A DNA stretch of 64,000 bases from a virus (Duplodnaviria; Caudoviricetes). The notes under the pieces are model-generated. The model was given only the letters and a program-made list of their open reading frames with translations. It was not told where the DNA came from and ran no database searches. Shown in pieces: positions 17,589-27,862 of this stretch. How positions within the stretch are numbered: the first letter of the stretch is position 1; each line of letters opens with the position of its first letter. Both the position numbers and the translations under genes were made by a program. Location of the stretch: the IMG/VR virus record IMGVR_UViG_2974778117_000001, positions 1 through 64,000 of that record. One strand, written 5' to 3'.

Positions 17589-17725
17589 TGTCCAAGGACA
17601 AATCACATAGCTGGACATTTCGGATCTGCACTTGGCACGTTTGTTCCAAGTGCGGTCTGATCCGGCTCAACAACAAAGCAACCAATCAGGCAGCCAACAA
17701 GGCATGTCCTGGAAGGGAGGACTGA
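17588..17725 (+). CDS. Small Cys/His zinc-finger-like peptide
   Basis: MSKDKSHSW...CSKCG...C; TGATG coupling at both ends. Confidence 0.6.
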   Translation: MSKDKSHSWTFRICTWHVCSKCGLIRLNNKATNQAANKACPGRED

Positions 17726-18224
17726 TGGAAGACCTGTTTGATCCACCGGCACGTGTCCCGAAAGAACCGCAGATGTACAACCGCAAGGCGGGCAGCAAGT
17801 ATGCTCTGTTCTTTGACGGCACCATCGAGTCGGCTGAAGACATCTGTCGCTGGGTGAACCAGTACTCGGACCCGCTCGATGATCCCCGTGCATCGTTCAT
17901 CCTGTCGGCTCGTGACGCAAAGTACGCTCACAACCTGATCATCTGGGGTGACGAGCATGACTGCTTTGAGCTCAGCCCGAACACCTGGCTTGTCCGGACC
18001 GAGTCCACGGACGAGTTCTATCCAGCTTCGGACGACAACTTCAGGATGGCATACGATGTGCACTGATCGCATCAACATCAGCATTGACCGTCTGGAAGAT
18101 CTCCTGATCCTGGATCATCTACCCGAGTATGAAGACGAGTCTTCCGGCGTGCCCGATTACGGCAACATCGGTTGGAACGACTATCGTCGGGAAATGATCG
18201 ACGTGATCGCGAGGTTGAGAGACG

Positions 18225-18710
18225 GTGCCTGATCTATGGGGTGAGGAGCCGATCACTCGCTTTCGTGATGAGTACGGCTTCCTCAGTAACTTCCACCTTT
18301 GCCCTGTGGAATACAGGGGCAAAGTGTTCCCATCCTCAGAGAACGCTTACCAGTGGGCAAAATCCAAGTACATCATCGCGCTTATTGACTTGACGCCTGA
18401 CTTCATCCCGGAGTACCAACGCCTGTTAGACAGGTACATGCTCAACTGTACCCCGGGCGAATCCAAGCGCCAGATGAAAGAAGCTATCCTAGACCCCTTG
18501 TTCCATGAGGAGAAGGATGCGATAATGCATGACGTGGTGACTGCCAAGTTTGGTCAGAACCCGGATTTGCGGAAACTGCTTATCGACACAGGCGATGCTG
18601 CTCTGATTGAGGGCAACGAGTGGGGCGATAAGTACTGGGGACAAGTGGACGGTGTCGGCAAGAACCGTCTGGGAATGATTTTGATGAACGTAAGGAGAAT
18701 CCAGAGATGA
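18225..18710 (+). CDS. NADAR (YbiA-like) family protein
   Basis: FLSNF, SENAYQWAK, KFGQNPDL, LIEGNEWGDKYWG and GKNRLG motifs. Confidence 0.9.
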   Translation: MPDLWGEEPITRFRDEYGFLSNFHLCPVEYRGKVFPSSENAYQWAKSKYIIALIDLTPDFIPEYQRLLDRYMLNCTPGESKRQMKEAILDPLFHEEKDAIMHDVVTAKFGQNPDLRKLLIDTGDAALIEGNEWGDKYWGQVDGVGKNRLGMILMNVRRIQR

Positions 18711-19372
18711 GTTACAAGCATATCAGCACCAAGAAGTGGGGTCACGAGCGTGGTCTGTCGTGTTGCTTCCGTCAGTGGCGCAGCACACATTCGCATTGCT
18801 CGCTGTTGCATGGGTACGCGCTGAGCGTGGAAGTGATGTTCGGCGCGAACGAACTGGACGAGCGAAACTGGGTTGTCGACTTTGGCGGTCTGGACGAGTT
18901 CAAGGCGTGGCTGGAGGACATGTTCGATCACACCACCCTGGTGGCGAAGGACGATCCGCAGCTGCACCTGTATCAGGTCATGAAGGACTCCGGTCTGATC
19001 GATCTGCGAATCCTGGACAACGTGGGTTGCGAGGCGACCGCGGAGCTGATCTTCAAGAAGGCGGTCGAGCTGTATGAAGACGAGCGTGTGAAGGTTCTGC
19101 AGGTCATCGTCCAGGAACACGATTCCAACGGCGCGCGCTACGTGCGCACTGAGGAAAACGCAAAGCCGATCTGGAAGACCGTGAGGTATAGTGATCTGGA
19201 TGATGTGGAGCAGTACATCGGTAAGACCGCTCGAATCTGCCTCGATGAAGGCGCAGACGTTGATGTAGGGACTGTCGTCACGGTTCACGGCACTGACTAC
19301 TCTGAAGGGATGTGGACATACTTCCATCTCGGCGGGAAGTGGTATGCAAGCGAGCTGGAAGTGCAAGCATGA
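18707..19372 (+). CDS. queD: 6-carboxy-tetrahydropterin synthase QueD with C-terminal extension
   Basis: HCSLLHGY, WVVDFG, FDHTTL and GCE motifs. Confidence 0.88.
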   Translation: MSYKHISTKKWGHERGLSCCFRQWRSTHSHCSLLHGYALSVEVMFGANELDERNWVVDFGGLDEFKAWLEDMFDHTTLVAKDDPQLHLYQVMKDSGLIDLRILDNVGCEATAELIFKKAVELYEDERVKVLQVIVQEHDSNGARYVRTEENAKPIWKTVRYSDLDDVEQYIGKTARICLDEGADVDVGTVVTVHGTDYSEGMWTYFHLGGKWYASELEVQA

Positions 19373-19634
19373 CAGATATCACCGAACGTGTCTGCGCTGA
19401 GCTTGGAATCACACCAAGCAAAAGCCCGACGGACGGCGGCGATCATGTGACTCGGATGCTCCTTTCGACCACCGTCGAGGATGCGATTGAGGAGATTCGT
19501 GCTTCAAGCGTGACCAAGATTCACAAGGTCACTCTTGAGCGTCTGATTAAACCACATTCGGTTGGTGAGCACACCACGGTCATCAAGATCAACTGCTTTT
19601 TCTAAACGGCAGCCAAATCAATCAGGAAAAGGAC

Positions 19635-19663
19635 TTGACCTGCCTTCGGGCAGGTCTTATCAT
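19635..19663 (+). promoter_or_regulatory. Promoter with UUCG hairpin spacer, type B copy 2
   Basis: TTGACC-17 bp-TATCAT; GACCTGCC-TTCG-GGCAGGTC. Confidence 0.75.
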
Positions 19664-20049
19664 ATGTGCATGGGGAAGATTCGCTTCCCTACTTCGGAGA
19701 AGAAGATGCACTACACAGTAAACGTCGAACGTTCGGATATGACCGCCCCGCGTTACTGGTCCTGCTACAAGCCGGCAAGCACTGAAGAAGACCATCGGTG
19801 CAAGAATCGGGACGAGTTGCTGATCGAAGCTTATCGTCAGGTTCTCGATCTGGATCTGGAAGGCAAGTACGATCCCGACTACTTCGGCGCTCATGTGCTC
19901 CAGGTCCTGATGGGAGCCGAACGCGACAAGAAGCGATTCGGCAAGGAGAACATCACCGAATTCGGCGCCTACGGCATGGACTCAAAGTCCTTCCTGGTCT
20001 CCGATACCACCCGGATCAGCGTTGCGGTCTGGATTCGCGAGTAATCACC

Positions 20050-20076
20050 AAGGCGCCTCCGGGCGCCTTTTCTTTT
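20050..20076 (+). terminator. Intrinsic terminator
   Basis: AAGGCGCC-TCCG-GGCGCCTT followed by TTCTTTT. Confidence 0.75.
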
Positions 20077-20083
20077 GCAGAAA

Positions 20084-20126
20084 GTTGAAGAAAGTACTTG
20101 ACACAATCATCAAAGTGTCATAGTAT
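20084..20126 (+). promoter_or_regulatory. sigma70-like promoter with conserved GTTGAAGAAAGTAC upstream box
   Basis: TTGACA(20098)-17 bp-TAGTAT; TGACAC/GTGTCA inverted repeat. Confidence 0.75.
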
Positions 20127-20596
20127 ATGACCATAGCGAAGGGGAATGGCCTCGACGCTTAAATCCAACCTTGAGACATACATCATGAAGAAGACCAAGA
20201 AGCAGGCCCTGAAGTCCGACAAGAAGCAGCAGATCCGCAACGCTCGCCGCGACAAGCAGCTGACGCGTTCTGTGTACGGGGTGCGCTAATGGGACAGTAC
20301 GCTCCCGACCCCGCATACCCGAGCATGATCCACTTCAAGCCGGACGACATTGCGAATAAGTTCCACTATCTCGCGGACAATCCGGTCAATCTCCGCGAAG
20401 CCATCAAGGCGGCGGTGGATCACTTCATGACGTTCCCGGAGCATCGTGCCACGATCAATGCGAGCTATGACCGCACCCTGATCGAATCGCGTCTGGAGAT
20501 CAAGAGCGAGTACATCCATACCCGCTGCATCTACTACGACTGCTTTGATCCGAGCGACTGGGACAACTACCTCGTGTTCACCCTGGAGACCAAAGA

Positions 20597-21526
20597 ATGA
20601 GCACCTATATCGAAGACCTGCTTGACGGGCTGGAACATAACCTGGACCAGCTGCTCAAGGCACACGCCGAGCCGACCTACCTGGGTTTCAGTACCAAAGC
20701 CGTCCTGGCAATCGCCCTCGGCATGACGGAGTACAGCGGCAAAATCTCTCGCATCGACAGCGCCCGCCTGCTCAACGAGCTCAACTTCATCCGTGACCTG
20801 GCAGCCGAAGATCCATGGACCAAGATCAGCGATGACATCGGCAAGCATTACATCGTTGGTCTGAACGACCAGGTCTATGTGTTGAACTCCGCGGCGGACT
20901 ACGGCATGAGCGGCGTGAAGTTCGAGTTCAGCAACGATAACATCTGGTCGCAATTCTCGCTGAACAACAACTCGGTCGACTCGGCTATCATCACCGCTCG
21001 TGATCTGGTCGACTACCACCGCCTCCGCAATGCCATCGCCGGTGCGTTGTCGTCCACCAGCACGCTGAAGACATATGCTGAATATCTGAGCATCGAAGAC
21101 CTCACCGACCTGTCGCCGAATCTGGCATGGATCGCAACGGATGCGTCGGGTGAAGTGTTCATCTACTCATCCGTCCCGCGTTTGGTGCTCAAGCAGTCGC
21201 CAGATTGCTGGCTGATTCGTGACATCTCGCGCCGCGGTGATGAAGATTTTGTGAAGCTCCACAATGGTGCACATAAGCTGTCCGGCAACTGGATGTCGAC
21301 GGTGGTGCACATCAGCGACCTGGTCGCTTACATGAAGTACCATCCGAAGAGCGCCGCCGAGTCGATCGCTATCATGACGGATAACAACCTCGGGGTACTG
21401 CGTGAAGACGCACTTGCCGCCGAAGCCGATCTGCAGAAGGCATTCGCTCGGATCACCCAGGTCTACAGCGAAACCGGCAACATCCGAGCGGCTCTCCTGA
21501 AATCTCTTGAAGATTTCTTGATCTAA
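20597..21526 (+). CDS. Hypothetical protein with WIATDxSGEVFIY..P motif
   Basis: ORF track; motif shared with 39818 and 40654 ORFs. Confidence 0.75.
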   Translation: MSTYIEDLLDGLEHNLDQLLKAHAEPTYLGFSTKAVLAIALGMTEYSGKISRIDSARLLNELNFIRDLAAEDPWTKISDDIGKHYIVGLNDQVYVLNSAADYGMSGVKFEFSNDNIWSQFSLNNNSVDSAIITARDLVDYHRLRNAIAGALSSTSTLKTYAEYLSIEDLTDLSPNLAWIATDASGEVFIYSSVPRLVLKQSPDCWLIRDISRRGDEDFVKLHNGAHKLSGNWMSTVVHISDLVAYMKYHPKSAAESIAIMTDNNLGVLREDALAAEADLQKAFARITQVYSETGNIRAALLKSLEDFLI

Positions 21527-21530
21527 GGGG

Positions 21531-21577
21531 TTGACACTTCCCGTACAGTATGATAGTATATGTGTACGGGAAGTGTC
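21531..21577 (+). promoter_or_regulatory. Promoter inside a 15-bp perfect inverted repeat
   Basis: TTGACA-17-TAGTAT; GACACTTCCCGTACA/TGTACGGGAAGTGTC with the -10 box in the loop. Confidence 0.75.
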
Positions 21578-22374
21578 CCGGATAACGAGACCACATCATG
21601 ATGCGACACAGTGAGTTTGACCGCCGCCAGATCGCCCTGATCAACAAGGCCCAGAAGGTTCGCAAGAAGCAGACCAAGGGCAAGGGAAACACGCTCTGCC
21701 TCGATGTCATGTACCGAACCTACATGGGTAAGGACTGGCTGAAGAAGCACAAGAACCGCAAGAAGCTGATCGATGATCTCACGCTCGATACCTGGTACTG
21801 GGAGGGTTACTGAAATGGCGAACATCAACATCCTGGAGAACGGAGCTGTCAAGCACGCCGTCATCCACGCTTACGCCGAACTGATGTCTGAAGAAGAGCA
21901 GGCCCGCTGGCAGCCGGGTGGCATCAAGGACATCGTGTTGACCATCGACGGCGTGGAGGTAGACTTCACCAAGCTGATCAGCTCGATCTACAAGCGCTTT
22001 GAAGCCGGCGTTCAGAAAGAAGCCCAGGAAATCGCGCTCGAGATGGTCAGCGGCGATCAGCGCCTGCAACGCATCCAGCAAGTCCTGCAGAACGTCGAAT
22101 GGCAGATCAAGGGCGCAGTCCGCGAAGCCTTCGGTTCTGAGTGGGTGGCTTCCGATGACTGTTAAGGTCGAGGTCCATGAGGATCGGCTGATCATTGGTG
22201 GTTGGACGCTACGCATCGAGAATCCAGGCAATAACCTAGCTCTCGTGTCTCATCCGACTCTCGGTGGCGCGGGCATCTGGAAAGAAGGTGTCCCCGGTCG
22301 TCGCATCCCTGAAGAGCTCTTCTTCGCTTTCGTTCATGACCTGCTGGTGCAGGCAAACATCCTGGAGTATACCA

Positions 22375-22823
22375 ATGAAGCCGTCTGAAATCATCGGTGG
22401 CGCGATCAATCTGATCGAAGACCCCAACAACTGGATAACCGGTGAGCTGTTCCATTACGACAAGGACGCCAACAAGACCTGTATGTGCGGTCTCGGCGCG
22501 CTGTCGGCTGCAGCACACAAGATCACGTCCAACGAAGGCAACATCCGCCATCATGAAGACTTCGATATTCTGGAGAACGACGCATACTGCGCCAGCGCGG
22601 CTGAGCATCGTGCGGCGGTGCGCGCCCTGGCTGAGGCAATCATGCCGGAAGGTACGTGATGGAGCCGGGCGAGGACATGTATGATATCGTGTACACCTTC
22701 AACGACGGCAGCAATCCGTATCAGCCGAGTGGTGAGCCCGATCTGGCTGCTGCAGCATCGCATGAGCGGATCATCGCAAAACTGAAAGAAGTCAAAACCC
22801 AACTGGAAAAGGAGAACAGGTAA
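22375..22823 (+). CDS. DUF6197-like protein (apparent indel near 22655)
   Basis: W.tG......CMCGLGAL...FND pattern across two frames. Confidence 0.5.
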
Positions 22824-23046
22824 TGCAAGAGCTGAACGATCAGAACAAGGTCCAGGAGCTGGCCCTGCAGGAACACGACTTCGCTGCTCAGCGCACCGAG
22901 CTGGCGGGCAAGGTCTTCACTCCGGATATGCTGCGTCGCCTGTTCGGCTCGCGGAAGAACAAGTCGAAGTACAACCGTAAGAAGCCGGAACGCAAGAAGG
23001 CACCGAAGACCTACGGCAAGAACAAGTAATCATGAAAGCAGCCCTC

Positions 23047-23412
23047 TTACGGATGGAGGGCTGCTTGGAGTTGAGCTTTCGCGGTCTCTAGTGTCGCAGC
23101 TTGCCTCTTAACAAGTGATGTCAAGAGATCAATTTGAGCTGACTGCGTGGTTGTCTTCGCAGTCAGCTCTCTTACTGTTTGCAAGGCCTGATCCGCCTCA
23201 ATTGCTACCTTGTTCAGCTCTTCCTGAGCCGACATCCTAAGATCACGTTCGTAGTCTCTTTGGCGGACAAGATCGTTGATCAGATCTGCCTCGGCTCTAT
23301 CCTTGGCCAACTCTAGCTTATCTCGGCTCCATCTCCGGGCCATCACGCCCAAGCCTGTGATCAGTCCCACAACACCCGACGCCGCAGCAGCAATTGCTGT
23401 GGTTTCGATCAT
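23047..23412 (-). CDS. N-terminal TM plus coiled-coil protein (holin/lysis-like)
   Basis: Hydrophobic N-terminus; under a minus-strand TAAATA. Confidence 0.55.
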   Translation of the reverse strand: MIETTAIAAAASGVVGLITGLGVMARRWSRDKLELAKDRAEADLINDLVRQRDYERDLRMSAQEELNKVAIEADQALQTVRELTAKTTTQSAQIDLLTSLVKRQAATLETAKAQLQAALHP

Positions 23413-23415
23413 GGG

Positions 23416-23646
23416 TTACTCCAGCCAAGTGATTAGTTTCCTCCGCCATGCTGGCAGAGCATGTTGTTGGTGCCAGACCCGATGGGCATCTAGATCGCCA
23501 TTGTGGAATGCGCGAGAAAGAGCGAGATCCAGTCTCTTGGTGATGCTCTCAATGTTATCCTCCGCTCTGTCCAGTCTTTCATTGACTGTCACCTGCAGCT
23601 CTGTAACCACGGATAGGATCTGAGCTAGGATTCCGTCATCTGTCAT
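23416..23646 (-). CDS. Small protein with GDLDAHRVWH motif (holin-associated type)
   Basis: ORF track; late promoter upstream. Confidence 0.5.
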   Translation of the reverse strand: MTDDGILAQILSVVTELQVTVNERLDRAEDNIESITKRLDLALSRAFHNGDLDAHRVWHQQHALPAWRRKLITWLE

Positions 23647-23672
23647 TTGCGTAGGCCCCTGAAAGTCAACTT

Positions 23673-23693
23673 TATTTACCTTGTAAGTAAATA
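23673..23693. promoter_or_regulatory. Divergent TAAATA late promoters
   Basis: TATTTA 23673-78 (minus) and TAAATA 23688-93 (plus). Confidence 0.7.
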
Positions 23694-23741
23694 GAAAAGA
23701 GGGAGCGCAAGCCCCGAAGTCTTAACCACTAAGGAAAGAGC

Positions 23742-24425
23742 ATGGCGGCAGAAACCTACGATCAAATCCGGGCTCGCTCGCCTATCGACACGCTCCAAGG
23801 AACCGAGCTGATTCTTGTACAGGATGGAGGCGTCACCAAGGGTGGCTTCGTCTCTATTCTCAAATCGTATGTGCTGAACGGATTCACGATCCTAGCAGAT
23901 GCGATTAGCGACGCGACATCAGTTGGTAAGAGCTTGTTGAAGGCAACCGACCAAGCAGCGGCACGGTCCGCTATTGGTGCAGCTCCAGTCTACACGACGG
24001 TCACTCAGACCGAAGCGGAGGAAGGAACCGCTACCACGGTAAGGAGCTGGACGGCTCAAAGGGTTCGTCAGGCTGCCGAGGCTGCAGCCAATGCACTGTT
24101 CAAGAAGAGTGGCCCTCAATCGAAGACCGCAGCCTTCCCACTGGACGCTTCAATGGTCAAGAGCCAGTTCGTTCAGTATACAGGTGCGACAGCAATCAAT
24201 GTGACTTTGCCAGCCACCAGCACAACGTTCTCGACAGACATGGATCCTATCCTGGTCTTGAACAACGCATCAGCCGCAGTGAACGTGACACTCAAGGCGA
24301 CTTCGCCGGTGACGCTGATCTGCAAGGATGCTTCTGCGGTGACAGCAGGTGAAGTCGTACTACCAAGATACAATAGCGCCAGAGTTCGCATGGTGAGTGC
24401 GGATAAGTGGTTGGTGGAGTACTGA
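23742..24425 (+). CDS. Virion fibre/decoration-like protein
   Basis: Late promoter; Ala/Thr-rich; TQTEAEEGT..WTAQRVRQA fibre-type motif. Confidence 0.65.
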   Translation: MAAETYDQIRARSPIDTLQGTELILVQDGGVTKGGFVSILKSYVLNGFTILADAISDATSVGKSLLKATDQAAARSAIGAAPVYTTVTQTEAEEGTATTVRSWTAQRVRQAAEAAANALFKKSGPQSKTAAFPLDASMVKSQFVQYTGATAINVTLPATSTTFSTDMDPILVLNNASAAVNVTLKATSPVTLICKDASAVTAGEVVLPRYNSARVRMVSADKWLVEY

Positions 24426-24426
24426 G

Positions 24427-25059
24427 ATGCAGATCCTTTTGCCAGTGGTGACAGCCGACTTCATCGGGCAATGCGCCGCCCTGGATGAAGCGATCAGAGA
24501 AGCAGCGGTCAACTTCCAGTTCACTTACACAGCCCGCGTTCCGACCTGGGACAACATCTACAATGTCCCGGACGTCGTGACTGAGCTGATCAAGCACTAC
24601 ACTCTCCGAGGATTCCTCTGTAATTACGATGGCGACGGCGGGAAACTCAGCATCAGCTGGATTGCTCCGAACATGTCGTATCTAGAGGTCAGCCGCATCA
24701 CGTTCAGCAATCCAGCGATGATCCCCAGCCTTGGCGTCGGTTTCAGAGCTGGCATGATCTACCTCTGCATGACGAATGGTCAGGATCTCAGGGCAAACTC
24801 AGATCTGACAATGCAGCGCGATCTGTTGCCAGCGATCAAGCAGGCAGCTACATTTGGCGCTCGTCAGCTAACATTCGGATTTGCGGGTTGCCCATCAGCT
24901 ACTGTCGTCGCGCTGTTCAAGGTTACATTCGACATGCTGACGGATCAAGGCTTCCAGATCACATACAACACAACCTCCGGACTGTTCTTCTTGAAGTGGC
25001 CTGACACCTTCCAGATCAACATGTACGCAGGATCGCTATCACAGGTCGTCATTCAATGA
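24427..25059 (+). CDS. Putative virion protein
   Basis: Late operon context. Confidence 0.6.
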   Translation: MQILLPVVTADFIGQCAALDEAIREAAVNFQFTYTARVPTWDNIYNVPDVVTELIKHYTLRGFLCNYDGDGGKLSISWIAPNMSYLEVSRITFSNPAMIPSLGVGFRAGMIYLCMTNGQDLRANSDLTMQRDLLPAIKQAATFGARQLTFGFAGCPSATVVALFKVTFDMLTDQGFQITYNTTSGLFFLKWPDTFQINMYAGSLSQVVIQ

Positions 25060-25664
25060 GTAAGCTGATCGTCGGGCAAGGTGCAGGCGGAGAGATTGGG
25101 ATTTGTTACAGCAAAGACCAAAGCCGCGTTGACTACTTGCCGTTGCCTCCCAATCCAGGTGATCCGTTGCCGATCATCCCGGTTGAAGGCTATGGCGATA
25201 TGTTCCGGGCAGTCTACGATACAGACGACAATGGTGTAGTTGACAGAGTCGACAAGGTTCTGATCTCAGAGGTCGAGAACCTCCAAGAGACGCTGGATTC
25301 AATCAGCTCACCTGGCGACAAGAACATCATCACGCGCAAGGCAGCAACCAATCTGTCTGCGCTCAAGATCGTCTCGGAGGGTATCAACGGTGTCTCTCCT
25401 CTGAATCCACAGCTCGCCGTCGATGCAATGGGTTTGGTCGGGATCACCTTGGAGTCCGGATATCCGGGACAAGAAATCAAGATCCAGGCAGGTGGTTCTC
25501 TAGAGGATCCCTTCTGGAACTGGAGTCAAGGGTTGATTTTCGCTGGACCAAACGGCACCCTGACTCAAACCCCTCCCACTACTGGATGGGAAATTGTGGT
25601 AGGCTTCTCCCCCAAGCCGACACAGATCAATCTCCAGTTTGACGAACCCATCCTTCTAGCATAA
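25056..25664 (+). CDS. Putative virion structural protein
   Basis: GDMFRAVYDTDDNGVVD and WNWS..IFAGPNGTLTQTPP motifs typical of phage fibre cassettes. Confidence 0.65.
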   Translation: MSKLIVGQGAGGEIGICYSKDQSRVDYLPLPPNPGDPLPIIPVEGYGDMFRAVYDTDDNGVVDRVDKVLISEVENLQETLDSISSPGDKNIITRKAATNLSALKIVSEGINGVSPLNPQLAVDAMGLVGITLESGYPGQEIKIQAGGSLEDPFWNWSQGLIFAGPNGTLTQTPPTTGWEIVVGFSPKPTQINLQFDEPILLA

Positions 25665-25678
25665 CAGGAAAGACAATC

Positions 25679-26192
25679 ATGGTACAAAAAGTATTGATCC
25701 GCGATCAGGGCGTGACAAAGCAGTACACCCCAAAGGACACTTCAGCTGGCGCAGCGGACGCCGGCAATCTCGTCGCACTGGGATCGAACGGCAAGCTGGA
25801 TATGACCCTTCTGCCTTCTGGTCTTGGCGATGGCACACGCATCGGCACAGCATCCGAAGCACTGGTCGCCGGCAACTTGTTCAGGAGTACGCAAACGCAG
25901 GCGCTTGGTCGGTGCGTAAGGCGGACAACTCCAATGGACGTTGGGCTACCGGATTTGTCAAGGCGGCTGTAGCATCGGCTGGTCAGGCAACCGTGTATCC
26001 GCTGGACGGCGTCAATGATGCTCTGTCTGGGCTGACCATTGGCGGCGTGTACTACCTGGGCACAGCTGGCGCAGCAATCGCTACTCCGTTGAATGCGGCT
26101 ACCGCAACCGCAGGTCGATTGACCAGAAGCTGGGTATTGCAAAGAGTGCAACCGAACTGGTCACTGACGACTTCGATTACGTGGTGCTGTAA
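25679..26192 (+). CDS. Putative virion structural protein (two apparent indels)
   Basis: ALGSNGKLD..ASEAL.AG..VRKADNS..GFV..YYLGTAG motifs across frames. Confidence 0.6.
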
Positions 26193-27280
26193 TGGCTAAC
26201 GTGCGTCCCATTGTCCGGAAGAATGGCGTGATGACGCAGATGGGAGCGGGAGTTGACACGATCGACCCCGCTCTAATCGCTTTTCCGGGAAAGAACAAGA
26301 TCATCAATGGCGACTTCCGGTTCTGGCAGAGAGGTAACAACTTCCCTGCCGCAAACGGTCAGCGATACACCGCCGACAGATGGCAGATCAATGGCACCGG
26401 ATCAACCGTATGGGCGCAGCGTGTAGACGTCCCGCCTGGCGGTGGTACAGTTCCTCTTCTGAAAGACTCGAAGTACATGATGCAAGTCATTGTGGATAGT
26501 GTTGCAGGTGATGGCAACTTCGCTCTAATCCAGCAGCGCATCGAAGGCGTCCGTCCGAACTCTGGCAAGACTGTCACAGTCAGCTTCAAGGCCAAGGCAA
26601 GCGTTGCCAATTTCAAGATCGGGATTGAGTTCCAGCAGTCATTTGGTAACGGCGGTTCTCCTGGCGTTGATTCCATCGGCACGTCGATTACGCTAGGTAC
26701 GGACTGGCAGCAGTATTCCGCCACCATCGTAGTTCCGAACATCATCGGCAAGACGATCACCGATAACGACTATCTGCAGCTTTCGTTCTGGCTGGATGCA
26801 GGTGCTAACTTCGCCGGACGATCCTTCGGAGCAGGTCAGAAGAGCGGCACTGTCAGCATTGCTGAAGTTCAGCTTGAAGACGGCACTTCGGCATCATCGT
26901 TTGAGTATCGCCCTGATGCACTTGAGTTGGCTCTATGTCAGCGCTACTACGAGAAGAGCTATGATGTCGCAAGTGCGCCTGGCACAGTCATTGTTGCAGG
27001 TTCGTCTGGCTCTGGTATCAGAACGTCATACTACTTGTCTTCACCTTGCACACAGTACACGGTGAGAAAACGCTCGGTTCCTGCAGTGTCGATCTATAGC
27101 CCGCAGTCTGGTCAGAATGGCAACTTCGCCGAATACAACCAGACTGGCAACTTTGTCGCGAACAGGATTGCGATTGTGTTGAACATCTCACAGACCAACT
27201 TTGAGATGCTCCTGGGTAATGGTGACGCTACAGTGACCAACACAGCTCGCTACCATTGGGTTGCAGATTCGGAGCTCTAA
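26192..27280 (+). CDS. Tail fibre protein with carbohydrate-binding-like domain
   Basis: KNKIINGDFRFWQRG...VQLEDG..FEYRP..ELALCQRYYEKS signature. Confidence 0.85.
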   Translation: MANVRPIVRKNGVMTQMGAGVDTIDPALIAFPGKNKIINGDFRFWQRGNNFPAANGQRYTADRWQINGTGSTVWAQRVDVPPGGGTVPLLKDSKYMMQVIVDSVAGDGNFALIQQRIEGVRPNSGKTVTVSFKAKASVANFKIGIEFQQSFGNGGSPGVDSIGTSITLGTDWQQYSATIVVPNIIGKTITDNDYLQLSFWLDAGANFAGRSFGAGQKSGTVSIAEVQLEDGTSASSFEYRPDALELALCQRYYEKSYDVASAPGTVIVAGSSGSGIRTSYYLSSPCTQYTVRKRSVPAVSIYSPQSGQNGNFAEYNQTGNFVANRIAIVLNISQTNFEMLLGNGDATVTNTARYHWVADSEL

Positions 27281-27281
27281 C

Positions 27282-27770
27282 ATGTATCAGTTGACATCCA
27301 ATCCGGACATCATTTTCAAGGAAGATACTGGGGAGTACATCCCCAGGGGCCATCGCCTTTGGGAAGAGTATGAGGAATTCTGTGCTGCGGGTGGTTCACC
27401 TAAGCCCGAGGCACCTCGCTATGGTGAGTATACACCTGAACACTTCCGCTACATTCGATCCAAGACATGGGAGTGGATGCTAGCGTGGGTTGTCGAGCGT
27501 CGCTACGACAGCATTGAGTCTTGCTGCAGCTACGTGACATCCAGTGTTGAGAGGTACAAGCAAGAAGCAACCTGTATGGTGGCTTGGCGGGATGCGGTAA
27601 ATATCAAACTGGAGGAAATGGTATTGAATCCGCCTCCAGGCATTTCCACTTGGGAACAAGTCCGTGCACTGCTCCCTCAGCCCGAATCGTATCCTTGGCC
27701 TGGATTGGATGAAATCCCGATGGCTAAACCAGGAGACGATCTCACCGCCCCGCTGATTGAAGTCCCTTGA
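27282..27770 (+). CDS. Tail fibre assembly chaperone-like protein
   Basis: MYQLT..IP..HRLWEEY..GG.P and YDSIESCCSY..WRDAV motifs. Confidence 0.7.
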   Translation: MYQLTSNPDIIFKEDTGEYIPRGHRLWEEYEEFCAAGGSPKPEAPRYGEYTPEHFRYIRSKTWEWMLAWVVERRYDSIESCCSYVTSSVERYKQEATCMVAWRDAVNIKLEEMVLNPPPGISTWEQVRALLPQPESYPWPGLDEIPMAKPGDDLTAPLIEVP

Positions 27771-27862
27771 CTTCCTACCTCTGATCTCTTTACATGGCGG
27801 GCGCAATCCCGCCATTTCTATGTGGAATGGTACTTGACATCCACACATAGAGGAGATATACT

